Shown here: piece after piece, positions 34,791 through 43,985 of the stretch | How the letters are laid out: each line of letters begins with the position of its first letter | How positions within the stretch are numbered: the stretch's first letter is position 1 | Source of the DNA: Paludibacteraceae bacterium | GTDB lineage: Bacteria; Bacteroidota; Bacteroidia; Bacteroidales; Paludibacteraceae | Reading direction: 5' to 3' | DNA length: 64,000 nucleotides | NCBI GenBank assembly: GCA_017384225.1 | Contig: JAFNUD010000033.1 | Location: 7,708 to 71,707, forward strand | Notes under the pieces: model-generated | Databases searched by the model: none | What the model saw: the letters and a program-made list of their open reading frames with translations, nothing else | What the model was told of the DNA's origin: nothing | Position numbers and translations under genes: made by a program

Positions 34791-36137
34791 ATGCGCAATT
34801 ATTTATACATACCATTACTCGTCTTGCTGTTGGTAGGGTGTCAAGAGAAGCCAGAAGCACTTAACACATCTTCTGAGACCAAGGTCAACACCTTTAGTTT
34901 TTATAAGGACACTGCCAATTTAGGTTTGACCGAAGCCATCTACACGATAGAGCACCTGAGCGATACAGGACGTATCTACTCAAAAGACTCATTGCGATTT
35001 GGCACACGCTTGGATAGCGTAGTGCCCAACATCACATACAAAGCCATCCCTGCTGCAGTGAAATATATCTTACCAGACACCGTGGTGGTGAGCACAGGAC
35101 TGGATACATTGGACTTTAGCAAAGCTCCTATATACCTCTATGTGCAGTCCTCCGACTTGACACAGGAACGGTGGTATCGCATTGATATTGCGGTACATAC
35201 GGTCGATCCCGAGTTGTACGTATGGAAGCAACTCTCAGCTCCATTCCCACCACAGCACTGCGATATGAAAGCTTTTTATATAGATGGGGAAATAGAGTTA
35301 TTTGTTAATAATGGTTTTTCCACCCAGCTATATAGCTCTAAAGCAGGCATAGTTTGGGAGTCACAAGGCGCTCCAATAGGATTGCCAACATTCTGCTCGG
35401 TTCGCGATATTCTACAATGCAACGATACGCTATACTATACTGAGGGAAATAAAATATATAAGAGCACAGACCCATCAAACTGGGAGATGATGGATGTTTC
35501 TATTGGTGGTTTTTCGGTGGTCAACATGTTAGTAGCCTACCACGATATGCCATGGTGTATCTTGCAAGATAGTGCAACGAGTGGACTTTGCTTAGGTCGT
35601 TTACACAATGGCACTATCGAATCGATGACCAATGTGAGTGGATTGTCAGAAGGCTTTTTGCCTAAGGATTTCCCAGTGAGTGATTTTGCTGCATTATCCT
35701 TTGCAAGTAGCAGTGAACGCCCAAGAGCTATGATAGTAGGAGGACGTACACAAGAAGGGATACCCGTCAACACACGTTGGAATATCGAATATGAGCGTAC
35801 TGCAGGTTATCGCATGCTAGATTTCTCAATAGAGCAACCATCTTTTGCTTCGTTGACAGGTATGTCTATCATACAATATGATCAGCATCTGATGATGTTT
35901 GGCGGCATTGATAATGACATGGACTATCGTAGTGATATTCTCTATTCGGATGACGAGGGAATGCATTGGTATGCTCCTGATTCGATGCAAAACCGTTTAC
36001 CAGACAACTACACGTCAAGACAACGACAAACAGTGGTAGTAGATGACCAGAACAATATCTATATCATTGGAGGTCAAGACAACACACAAAGTTATAGTGA
36101 TGTGTATCGCGGCTACAAAAACGAGTTGAAATGGTGA
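34791..36137 (+). CDS. lipoprotein, DUF6242-like N-terminal domain plus beta-propeller/Kelch-like repeats
   Basis: 448 aa. Lipobox LLLVGC-Q. Own TACCTTTG promoter. C-terminal repeats ...MIVGGR..., ...MMFGGID..., ...IYIIGGQD... suggest Kelch-like blades. The family name is from memory. Confidence 0.55.
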   Translation: MRNYLYIPLLVLLLVGCQEKPEALNTSSETKVNTFSFYKDTANLGLTEAIYTIEHLSDTGRIYSKDSLRFGTRLDSVVPNITYKAIPAAVKYILPDTVVVSTGLDTLDFSKAPIYLYVQSSDLTQERWYRIDIAVHTVDPELYVWKQLSAPFPPQHCDMKAFYIDGEIELFVNNGFSTQLYSSKAGIVWESQGAPIGLPTFCSVRDILQCNDTLYYTEGNKIYKSTDPSNWEMMDVSIGGFSVVNMLVAYHDMPWCILQDSATSGLCLGRLHNGTIESMTNVSGLSEGFLPKDFPVSDFAALSFASSSERPRAMIVGGRTQEGIPVNTRWNIEYERTAGYRMLDFSIEQPSFASLTGMSIIQYDQHLMMFGGIDNDMDYRSDILYSDDEGMHWYAPDSMQNRLPDNYTSRQRQTVVVDDQNNIYIIGGQDNTQSYSDVYRGYKNELKW

Positions 36138-36144
36138 ATATCGC

Positions 36145-37137
36145 ATGACCAATCCTACTGACATACGCAAACCTATCGCTTTGGAATTTCATCAATACGA
36201 AGAAGCCTTTGCGTCTTCTCTACAATCGGATAATCCAGTACTACAGCAAGTATTGGATTATATCTACAGCAAGCGTGGGAAACAACTGCGTCCGATGTTG
36301 GTACTGCTATCCGCTGCATTGTGCCGTGGAATCACTGATAAAACCACCCAAACTGCAGTAGCATTGGAGATGATGCATACAGCGTCGTTAGTACACGATG
36401 ATGTGGTAGATGACTCTTCTCTTCGCCGTGGTAGCGAAGCTGTGCACACAAAATGGACAAATAAGATAGCCGTATTGGCGGGGGATTATATGCTAACTCG
36501 CGTGATGAGCATCGTAACCAATCTACGTAATATATCCATTCTAAATATCGTAGCCGATATGGGTGCTACACTGACCTCTGGTGAATTGCTCCAATTACAC
36601 GCTGGCGAGTCCATGTGGATTAGCGAAAAGCAATACAACATGGTCATTGAGAAAAAGACGGCTTGTCTGTTTGCTGCATGTAGCGAGGCAGGGGCTGCTA
36701 GTACCGGGGCAACGCTTCGCCAAATGACAGCTCTGCGCCAATATGGCCTGCACCTTGGTATGTGTTTTCAAATAAAAGACGATGTGCTGGATTTTTCGGA
36801 TATAGAAGATATTGGTAAACCAACTATGAATGACGTGCGCGATGGTAAAGCTACTTTACCCTTGCTGATATCATTGCAGCGTGCAAGTCGTGAAGAGGCT
36901 ACATACATCAAAGAGATAGCCGAAGGGTTAGCTACCAAAGCTGCGCACATTGACGCCTTTGAGGCAGAACAAGATATCAAATCGTTTGTCCTGCGTCATA
37001 ATGGAATTCGCTATGCACATCAAGAGATGGAAAAACATCGCAAAAAAGCTATCGAAGCCCTATCTATCTTCCCAGACAACAAATATAAAACAGCATTGCT
37101 CGCGCTATTGGATTATGCGATTAATCGCATGAAATAG
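36145..37137 (+). CDS. polyprenyl synthetase, long-chain type (octaprenyl-diphosphate synthase-like)
   Basis: 330 aa. FARM LVHDDVVDD and second motif IKDDVLD. Small residues (A, S) lie at positions -5/-4 before the first DD, consistent with long-chain products (inference from the chain-length rule). Confidence 0.85.
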   Translation: MTNPTDIRKPIALEFHQYEEAFASSLQSDNPVLQQVLDYIYSKRGKQLRPMLVLLSAALCRGITDKTTQTAVALEMMHTASLVHDDVVDDSSLRRGSEAVHTKWTNKIAVLAGDYMLTRVMSIVTNLRNISILNIVADMGATLTSGELLQLHAGESMWISEKQYNMVIEKKTACLFAACSEAGAASTGATLRQMTALRQYGLHLGMCFQIKDDVLDFSDIEDIGKPTMNDVRDGKATLPLLISLQRASREEATYIKEIAEGLATKAAHIDAFEAEQDIKSFVLRHNGIRYAHQEMEKHRKKAIEALSIFPDNKYKTALLALLDYAINRMK

Positions 37138-37167
37138 AAAACGCCACAACGGATTGTAGGAATTAGA

Positions 37168-37818
37168 CTACAAGATACGATGGATGGATTCTCTAACCTG
37201 CTCTTGCTGTTGCTCATCGGACAACATAGCAATATTTTCTTCAAAGAATGCTTCTAATAATAGTTTGGCTGCGGTATCGCAGCTTATGCCACGTTGTTGC
37301 ATATAGAAAAGCGCATTGGAATCCAATTGCCCTGTAGTAGCTCCATGACTAGCTTTGACATCATCGGCATAAATCTCCAATTGCGGTTCTGTGAGCATCT
37401 CCGCTTGACGCGAAAGTAGAATATTGCGGTTTGTCTGATATGCCTCGGTTTGCTGCGCATTAGGTAGTATCTTCAGTTCTCCGCGGAAAGATCCTTTGGA
37501 TTGGTCATCCAAGACAAACTTCAATTTTTGCATAGAATAGCCTCCTCCTACATTGTGATTTACACGCGTAAGGAGGTGAGCTTGTTGCGCATGATGCAAT
37601 AGCCCTATAGCATAGATTTCAGTTTTGCACCCAGTAGCATTCTGGTCTACTGTGAGAGTGGATTGCCATTGTGCTTCGTAGTCGTCTTCGGATAGGAATA
37701 GAACATGTACGCGCAAAGAAGAATCTGCCTCTTGCACGATATGCCAATCCATATTAGGTTCGTTGATAAAAACCAGTTCGCGCGTTTCGCCAGTATGTAG
37801 AGTGATGTGGTTCAACAT
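37168..37818 (-). CDS. sufD: short SufB/SufD-family Fe-S assembly protein
   Basis: 216 aa. C-terminal SufBD signature ...QLEIYADDVKASHGATTGQLDSNALFYMQQRGIS...AKLLLEAF. It starts 23 nt after the sufC stop. About half the length of classical SufD/SufB. Confidence 0.75.
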   Translation of the reverse strand: MLNHITLHTGETRELVFINEPNMDWHIVQEADSSLRVHVLFLSEDDYEAQWQSTLTVDQNATGCKTEIYAIGLLHHAQQAHLLTRVNHNVGGGYSMQKLKFVLDDQSKGSFRGELKILPNAQQTEAYQTNRNILLSRQAEMLTEPQLEIYADDVKASHGATTGQLDSNALFYMQQRGISCDTAAKLLLEAFFEENIAMLSDEQQQEQVRESIHRIL

Positions 37819-37846
37819 TGTTCAGAGTGGTTCAATATTGTTCAGA
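37807..37846. repeat. 20-nt tandem duplication spanning the sufC stop and sufD start
   Basis: gtggttcaacattgttcaga (37807-37826) and gtggttcaatattgttcaga (37827-37846), with one mismatch. Copy 1 carries the sufD ATG (37818-37816). Copy 2 has ATA at the same position and carries the sufC stop (37844-37842). Confidence 0.9.
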
Positions 37847-38588
37847 GTGCTTCGTTAAGGAAGGCATATCCATTGGCTTCGAGCTCAAGGGCAAGTTCTT
37901 TGCCGCCTGTACGCACGATCCGCCCATCTGCTAACACATGTACAAAATCAGGTACGATATAGTCTAATAATCGCTGATAGTGGGTAATCACAATTGAGGC
38001 AGTATGTGGTGTCTTGAGCGCATTGACTCCCTCTGCTACAATACGCAAGGCATCAATATCCAAACCTGAATCTGTCTCATCAAGAATAGATAGGCAAGGC
38101 TCAAGCATAGCCATTTGGAAAATCTCGTTGCGTTTTTTCTCACCACCCGAAAAGCCCTCGTTGACAGATCGATTAGTGAGTTTGTTGTCCATACCTACCA
38201 GTGCTTTCTTTTCGCGCATGAGTTTTAAGAAATCTGTTGCCTTGAGCGGCTCTTTTCCCTCATGTTGACGTTTCTCATTAACAGCAGTGCGCATGAAATT
38301 AACCATTGATACTCCAGGTATCTCAACTGGATATTGGAAAGAAAGAAATACTCCCTCTCGAGCACGCTCCTCTGGTGACATCTCCAAGAGATTTTTACCA
38401 CGGAAAATCACCTCTCCTGCTGTGACAGTATAAGCAGGATGTCCAGTCAGGACATTGGATAGAGTAGATTTGCCTGCACCATTAGGTCCCATAATCGCAT
38501 GTACTTCCCCCTCATGGATAGAGAGGTTGAGACCTTTGAGTATTTCCTTGCCAGCAATAGTGGCATGTAGGTTCTTTATTTCGAGCAT
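37842..38588 (-). CDS. sufC: Fe-S cluster assembly ATPase SufC
   Basis: 248 aa. Walker [10 protein letters not shown], signature FSGGEKKR, Walker [14 protein letters not shown]-loop ITHY. Confidence 0.93.
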   Translation of the reverse strand: MLEIKNLHATIAGKEILKGLNLSIHEGEVHAIMGPNGAGKSTLSNVLTGHPAYTVTAGEVIFRGKNLLEMSPEERAREGVFLSFQYPVEIPGVSMVNFMRTAVNEKRQHEGKEPLKATDFLKLMREKKALVGMDNKLTNRSVNEGFSGGEKKRNEIFQMAMLEPCLSILDETDSGLDIDALRIVAEGVNALKTPHTASIVITHYQRLLDYIVPDFVHVLADGRIVRTGGKELALELEANGYAFLNEAL

Positions 38589-39553
38589 ATTGTTGTTAGT
38601 ACAGTCTCTCCGACTGCTTGAAGTGTTTGTTTGTTAATATTTCTCATATCATCTTGCTGCGTATGCCACCAGTGTGCAAAACCCGTGCCAGTGTCAGGTT
38701 TATAATCAATGATATCCACACATGGTATTCCAGCAATGGAGTTGACATAATAGTGGTCATCAAGGATCGGGGAAACGTTTTGATTGACAAAATAGCGTCC
38801 GTAGCCCAATCGTATAGCCGTTCGCCAGATGAGTTCAACATAGTTGGCAGCATATCCCACTGAGAAATACTCACGTGGAAAAGTGGCAGACGGATCGCCT
38901 ACCATATCAAGCAATACTCCATATTGGCATTTGATGGAAGATTGCTGGTAGTCTTTTGCCCATAGTTGGCTGCCGAGACACCATGTGTGTTCTCTATCCT
39001 TGCCCGTATAGTGGTTGGGAGTACCCATATCTTCGCAATCGAAAAAGGCAACCAATACAGAGGGCACAAACTCACCATTTGCTCTTCGCATATTGAGTTG
39101 TCGAACTATCTCCAGAATGACTCCTACTCCACTTGCACCATCATTCGCACCCATTACAGGCTGGAATCGTTTTTCGTAGATTTCTTCTTCATCGCACCAT
39201 GGTCGGCAATCCCAATGCGCACAGAGCAGAATAGCTTGCGATGTGTGTCCTTCAAAATAGGCAACGACATTACGAATCTCCTGTGCTTCGCCAGCATAGT
39301 TAGTCATTGTACCATACTCACTTTTGGCTTGTGCTCCGTGTCGCGCTAATTCGCCAATGAGCCAATCGCCGCAGGCGATGTGTGCATCAGAACCAGGCGT
39401 GCGTGCTCCGTATGCTACTTGATGAGCAACATAGGCATATGCAGAGTCCGCTGAGAAAGCACAGCGGACTTCTGATGGCGTCTTGGTTTTTGCCTGACAA
39501 GAGAGCAATACCAAAGGTAGAGCAATATAATATAATGCGCGTAAGATAGTCAA
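38576..39553 (-). CDS. M28-family lipoprotein, glutaminyl-peptide cyclotransferase-like
   Basis: 325 aa. Lipobox LVLLSC-Q. M28/QC-like segments ...[12 protein letters not shown]..., ...[10 protein letters not shown]..., ...GVLLDMVG..., ...DDHYYVN.... The only usable start is the TTG at 39553, 1 nt after the prs stop. Its 3' end overlaps the sufC start by 13 nt. Confidence 0.75.
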   Translation of the reverse strand: MTILRALYYIALPLVLLSCQAKTKTPSEVRCAFSADSAYAYVAHQVAYGARTPGSDAHIACGDWLIGELARHGAQAKSEYGTMTNYAGEAQEIRNVVAYFEGHTSQAILLCAHWDCRPWCDEEEIYEKRFQPVMGANDGASGVGVILEIVRQLNMRRANGEFVPSVLVAFFDCEDMGTPNHYTGKDREHTWCLGSQLWAKDYQQSSIKCQYGVLLDMVGDPSATFPREYFSVGYAANYVELIWRTAIRLGYGRYFVNQNVSPILDDHYYVNSIAGIPCVDIIDYKPDTGTGFAHWWHTQQDDMRNINKQTLQAVGETVLTTICSK

Positions 39554-39554
39554 A

Positions 39555-40517
39555 TCAACGTATATTCAATTCGCTTACCGAACGATGGTTTTGGATAGCC
39601 AATATGGTCTGAGCGATTGGTTTTGCCATGGAAGCGATGCTCACTTTAGGGCAACGTAGTTTGTCAAAAGGAATAGAGTCTGTAAAGACTAACTCTTCCA
39701 ATGCAGAAGTAGCTACTCGTTCGCATGCAGGTCCTGACATCAATCCATGAGACACTAATGCTCTGACCGATCTTGCGCCTGCTTCTTTCATCACCTCAGC
39801 TGCTTTGCAAAGTGTGCCAGCCGTGTCGGCGATATCATCAATAATAACTACATTCTTATCCTTCACATCACCCAAGACACGCATTTCACCAATCTGATTA
39901 GCGTTAGGACGATGCTTGTAGCAGATGACCATAGGTACATCTTGCTTGGTCAGTTCGGTCAGTTTCTTTGCGAAGACAGATGCACGCTTTGTACCACCCA
40001 CATCAGGAGATGCTACAATCAGGTTGTCCAACTGCAAATTCTGCACATAGTTGGCCAACACGTTTGCGCCATAGAGGTGATCCACTGGGATATCGAAGAA
40101 TCCTTGTATCTGGTCAGCATGGAGATCCACTGTAATTACGCGATCAGCTCCAGCCCCTTGAATCATATTTGCACACACTTTTGCTCCGATCGACACACGA
40201 GGTTTGTCTTTTCGGTCCTGACGAGCCCAGCCGAAATAAGGAATGACAGCAATCACTTTGTATGCACTTGCACGTTTGGCAGCATCAATAGCCAATAATA
40301 GCTCCATGATATTGTCGCTATTTGGACATGTGGATTGTACGATATACACGGACTGTCCGCGTACTGACTCTTCGAAACTTACGGCAAACTCGCCATCAGA
40401 AAAACGAGATACTTGGATATTACCCAACGAACATCCTAAATACTCACACACACGTTTAGCAAGTTCACCTCCTTGGGAAAGAGCAAAAACCTTGTAGGGG
40501 CTGGTTTCAACTATCAT
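39555..40517 (-). CDS. prs: ribose-phosphate pyrophosphokinase
   Basis: 320 aa. ...RFSDGEF..., GWARQDRK, VDLHADQIQGFF, PRPP loop VVIIDDIADTAGT. Confidence 0.95.
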   Translation of the reverse strand: MIVETSPYKVFALSQGGELAKRVCEYLGCSLGNIQVSRFSDGEFAVSFEESVRGQSVYIVQSTCPNSDNIMELLLAIDAAKRASAYKVIAVIPYFGWARQDRKDKPRVSIGAKVCANMIQGAGADRVITVDLHADQIQGFFDIPVDHLYGANVLANYVQNLQLDNLIVASPDVGGTKRASVFAKKLTELTKQDVPMVICYKHRPNANQIGEMRVLGDVKDKNVVIIDDIADTAGTLCKAAEVMKEAGARSVRALVSHGLMSGPACERVATSALEELVFTDSIPFDKLRCPKVSIASMAKPIAQTILAIQNHRSVSELNIR

Positions 40518-40554
40518 GACAATTTGAATTTATTAGTTATTTTGAATTAAAGTG

Positions 40555-40585
40555 CAAAAGTACTACTTTTTTTTGAATTTTGCAA
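40555..40585 (-). promoter_or_regulatory. promoter for prs
   Basis: Minus strand: -33 TTGC (40585-40582), 19-nt spacer, -7 TACTTTTG (40562-40555). It lies 37 nt upstream of the ATG at 40517. Confidence 0.7.
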
Positions 40586-40591
40586 GTGTTA

Positions 40592-40623
40592 TTTGCATAT
40601 TTCAACAAAAAATCGTATCTTTG
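40592..40623 (+). promoter_or_regulatory. promoter for the GNAT-like / GT4 genes
   Basis: -33 TTTG (40592-40595), 20-nt spacer, -7 TATCTTTG (40616-40623). It ends 24 nt before the ATG at 40648. Confidence 0.7.
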
Positions 40624-40647
40624 CACGCAATTTGTACATTGGGTAAT

Positions 40648-41607
40648 ATGACCAACAAAGAAAAATACCGCGAATTTTGCAAAAACCATAGCAGCCTGCC
40701 TATCTTCATGCAAGATTGGTGGCTGGATGCAGTGTGCGCAGGTAAGCAATGGGATGTACTGCTACGTGAAGATGAAACAGGGGAGATACAAGCCGCTATG
40801 CCATACTTGCTGCGTAAGCGCGCGTGGATGAAGTACATCATCATGCCACAACAAACGCAGATTGGAGGCATATGGATGGAAACTACGCTATTGGACAATG
40901 GGAATCAGGCCGCGGAGGTTTGTCAGGATTTTGCACGTCAATTGGCAGAATTAGGATTGAGCTATTATTATCAACACTACCCTATTGATAGTCCTGCAGT
41001 GGAGCAAATGCAAGCATTGGGATTCAAAACTAAAGAGCGCGTAACTTATCGCATTGAAGACCTAACAGATCTCGACAACGTGATTGGTCGGTTCTCAAAG
41101 AACAAAAAACGACAGTTGCAGAAAGCCCTTTCGTTGCATGCGGAAACAAATATGAATATCGAAGACTTCTACCGTTTTCATGTGCAATGCCTGCAAGAGC
41201 AGGGCAAACAGATTAGTTACTCGCGCGAGTTTCTGCTGGTGCTTAATCGCAAGACTACTCGCCTGCAGCAGAGTCAGATTATTTCTATTTGCAACGCTGA
41301 CAATGAAGTACTGGCTGCAGCATTCCTCGTTTGGGATAAGCATAATATGTACTACCTTATCCCCTGCTACGACCAAAAATATAAAGACTCCGGGGCAAGC
41401 GCTCTACTTGTACTCGAAGCCATCAAATTGGCACGTCAAAAGGGTGTAGCATTTGACTTCGAAGGAAGTATGATTCGTGGTGTAGCGAACCATTACAAGC
41501 AGTTTGGCAGCATACGTTGTGTATATTATAGCGTAGAGAAATACTACAAGTGGTATTTCTGGTTTGCAAATGCAATCAACTGGCTGAGGGAAAGGAAGCT
41601 ACGATGA
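40648..41607 (+). CDS. GNAT/FemAB-like acyltransferase family protein
   Basis: 319 aa from the ATG at 40648 (MTNKEKYREF...). The track start at 40552 precedes the TATCTTTG -7 box (40616-40623). It resembles FemAB/BioF2-like GNAT proteins found in glycan loci; the family call is from memory. Its stop overlaps the next start (ATGA). Confidence 0.55.
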   Translation: MTNKEKYREFCKNHSSLPIFMQDWWLDAVCAGKQWDVLLREDETGEIQAAMPYLLRKRAWMKYIIMPQQTQIGGIWMETTLLDNGNQAAEVCQDFARQLAELGLSYYYQHYPIDSPAVEQMQALGFKTKERVTYRIEDLTDLDNVIGRFSKNKKRQLQKALSLHAETNMNIEDFYRFHVQCLQEQGKQISYSREFLLVLNRKTTRLQQSQIISICNADNEVLAAAFLVWDKHNMYYLIPCYDQKYKDSGASALLVLEAIKLARQKGVAFDFEGSMIRGVANHYKQFGSIRCVYYSVEKYYKWYFWFANAINWLRERKLR

Positions 41608-42668
41608 AAGTACTATTCTTGAGTGCATGGTATCCTACCGAACGTGATGCTATGGTAGGATTGTTTGTTCAGAAACATGCAGAGGCGATAGCTGAACAAG
41701 GATGCGATGTTCGCGTGTTATACTCTGAAAAAATAGGATTCGGATGGATACAAGAAATGTACAAGAAATGGCAAACACTACGGAAAGAATGGGGAATGCC
41801 TGATATAGTGCAAATGAATGTATTGGACAAGAATGGAATTATTGCACTATGGTTCAAATGGCGCTATCGTATTCCTTATATCATAGTAGAACATTGGTCT
41901 GGATATCTGCCTGCCAATTATGCTTTTCGCGGAGGTTGGCATGGATGGCTTATGCGGAAAATTGCGGAAAAAGCATCGTGTATTCTACCCGTCAGTCAAA
42001 TGTTAGAAGACGCCATGAAGCAGTGCCGCATACAAAACAACAATTGGCAACGCATTCATAACGTGGTAGATGACTTCTTCTATCAACCCATTTCCCCCAT
42101 TACAATCACACCAAAGGGAGAAAAATTTCGATTCTTGCACGTTAGTTGCTTCGATGAAAAAGCAAAAAACATACAAGGCATGTTGCGAGCAGCACGTAAA
42201 GTAGCAGAAAAGAGACAAGACTTCGAATTGGTCTTAGTAGGCATGGGAGTAGATTATACCGTAGATGTGGATTATGCACGGTCACTGAATTTTCCTGAAG
42301 GCATGTTGCATTTTACAGGAGAACAGACTCCCTATGAGGTCGCACAATGGATGCAGCAAAGCGATTGTTTCTTATTCTTTTCAAGATACGAAAATGCACC
42401 TGTTGTCATCTCTGAATGCCTCGCCATTGGCCTGCCCATCATTAGTAGCAATGCAGGCGGAATACCCGAAATGATTAGCCAGGAATGCGGTCTATTGGTA
42501 CCATCAGGAGATGAAGTAGCACTTGCGAATGCAATAATAGAAATGATTGATAATCATGGGGAATACGTAGCAGAAACTATCCGAAAAAAGGGTACAAAAT
42601 ACACCTACCAAAACATTGGGAAGCAGTTATCCGACCTGTACCAACGATTGGTCATATCTACGAACTAG
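41604..42668 (+). CDS. family 4 (GT-B) glycosyltransferase
   Basis: MKVLFLSAWYPT... N-terminus. C-terminal GT-B region ...SDCFLFFSRYENAPVVISECLAIGLPIISSNAGGIPEMI.... The ATG at 41604 is translationally coupled to the upstream gene. Confidence 0.85.
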   Translation: MKVLFLSAWYPTERDAMVGLFVQKHAEAIAEQGCDVRVLYSEKIGFGWIQEMYKKWQTLRKEWGMPDIVQMNVLDKNGIIALWFKWRYRIPYIIVEHWSGYLPANYAFRGGWHGWLMRKIAEKASCILPVSQMLEDAMKQCRIQNNNWQRIHNVVDDFFYQPISPITITPKGEKFRFLHVSCFDEKAKNIQGMLRAARKVAEKRQDFELVLVGMGVDYTVDVDYARSLNFPEGMLHFTGEQTPYEVAQWMQQSDCFLFFSRYENAPVVISECLAIGLPIISSNAGGIPEMISQECGLLVPSGDEVALANAIIEMIDNHGEYVAETIRKKGTKYTYQNIGKQLSDLYQRLVISTN

Positions 42669-43910
42669 CGAAGCCAACCATATCAATTGCACCAACACCG
42701 CAAATGCAGTACCCACTGAATATGCAGCAATCGCTATTGTAAAATCCTTGGTAATAATTCCAATCGAAAGGCCAATGACACGACAAACCGCTAACAGGAT
42801 TTCAAAAAATAGACCTATTTCTTGTTTCATAAACACATCTGACAGGTAACATGTACTACCTGTTAAGAGTGATACGTATAACCATGGTAACATCCATCGA
42901 ATATACTCACCTGCCACACGCCACTCTTCACCCAAAAGCCATGCGGTTATAGTTGGTAAAAAGACACCGATACCTACAAAGACAGGAATAATAACTATAC
43001 TGCCATAACACATAAAACGCCAAAACACATCACCAATTTTTGCAGAAGCATGCACCCGTTCAGTAGTATGCTGATATAGAACCTGGTACAAAGCTCGAGT
43101 GATAGTACCAATTGGTGTATAGCCCAATAATAAGGCCATACTTAATAGTCCCACATATTTTGCTCCAAAAAATGGGGTAAGTAACAAAATAGGCAACTGA
43201 CCTGCTATAACATTGATGAAGCTACGCGGCAAGACAAAGCACGGGAAATTGCGATAATCTTTGGCTTGGTTACGTATATTGTCCCACGACCATTGCAACA
43301 ATGGGCATAGCGTCTTACGAAACCCCAATGCCATGCTTGACAACAAGGATACTAATGGAGCCAGCACCGCAGCATAAATCATTCCTCCTTGCAATACGCC
43401 TGCATACCCCATTCCTATCTTGCCTCCAGCTGACAATAGGCTCTGCGATATTTGATAGCCAGTAATCCTACCAAAAGATTTCTTGCGTATATACCAATAG
43501 TTCAGTATATTCCAAGCTCCCATTAGCAACACATAGATCGGCATCAGCCAATAATACGCAGATAAACTTGGCAACTTAAATAGCGCACTCAACTGCTCTG
43601 CAAATATCACACTCACTATCACTAAAGCAGTAGTACAGCACAAGAGCAGCAAAGATAATTGCGTCAATGCAGCAGCATCCTTTTCACGTTTAGGGAGTAC
43701 AATCGCATAATAATAATCTGCCACTGACAACACAACCAGCACATTGCCTATACTCAAAAACAAATTCAGCAAGCCAAAGTCCTCGGGTGCATATATACGC
43801 GTCAGTATAGGGTAAACAATCAAGCCGATGACCTGCGCCACCACATTAGCAGAAAGCAATTTTGCAAAATTGCGTACGACTGATGATTGAAATAACGACC
43901 CTATACTCAT
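42627..43910 (-). CDS. oligosaccharide flippase (Wzx / polysaccharide biosynthesis protein family)
   Basis: 427 aa, roughly 12 predicted hydrophobic segments. N-terminal ...VRNFAKLLSANVVAQVIGLIVYPILTRIY... is typical of Wzx-like flippases. The 3' end overlaps the convergent GT4 gene by 42 nt. Confidence 0.8.
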   Translation of the reverse strand: MSIGSLFQSSVVRNFAKLLSANVVAQVIGLIVYPILTRIYAPEDFGLLNLFLSIGNVLVVLSVADYYYAIVLPKREKDAAALTQLSLLLLCCTTALVIVSVIFAEQLSALFKLPSLSAYYWLMPIYVLLMGAWNILNYWYIRKKSFGRITGYQISQSLLSAGGKIGMGYAGVLQGGMIYAAVLAPLVSLLSSMALGFRKTLCPLLQWSWDNIRNQAKDYRNFPCFVLPRSFINVIAGQLPILLLTPFFGAKYVGLLSMALLLGYTPIGTITRALYQVLYQHTTERVHASAKIGDVFWRFMCYGSIVIIPVFVGIGVFLPTITAWLLGEEWRVAGEYIRWMLPWLYVSLLTGSTCYLSDVFMKQEIGLFFEILLAVCRVIGLSIGIITKDFTIAIAAYSVGTAFAVLVQLIWLASLVRRYDQSLVQVG

Positions 43911-43918
43911 TTATGCTG

Positions 43919-43949
43919 CAAAAGTACTATATTTATCTGAAAAATGCAA
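43919..43949 (-). promoter_or_regulatory. promoter for the flippase gene (near-leaderless)
   Basis: Minus strand: -33 TTGC (43949-43946), 19-nt spacer, -7 TACTTTTG (43926-43919). Only 8 nt separate the box from the ATG at 43910. Confidence 0.55.
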
Positions 43950-43985
43950 CTATTTTCAAGAAAAATTATAAAAATTGACAAGATA

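Noticed and set aside
37168-37818. Calling the 216-aa SufD-like ORF a pseudogene.
   Set aside because: It has an ATG start 23 nt after sufC, an uninterrupted frame, and an intact C-terminal SufBD signature. No upstream in-frame remnant of an N-terminal domain exists, because sufC occupies that space. Truncation versus a genuine minimal form cannot be decided here, so it is kept as a CDS and flagged in the findings.
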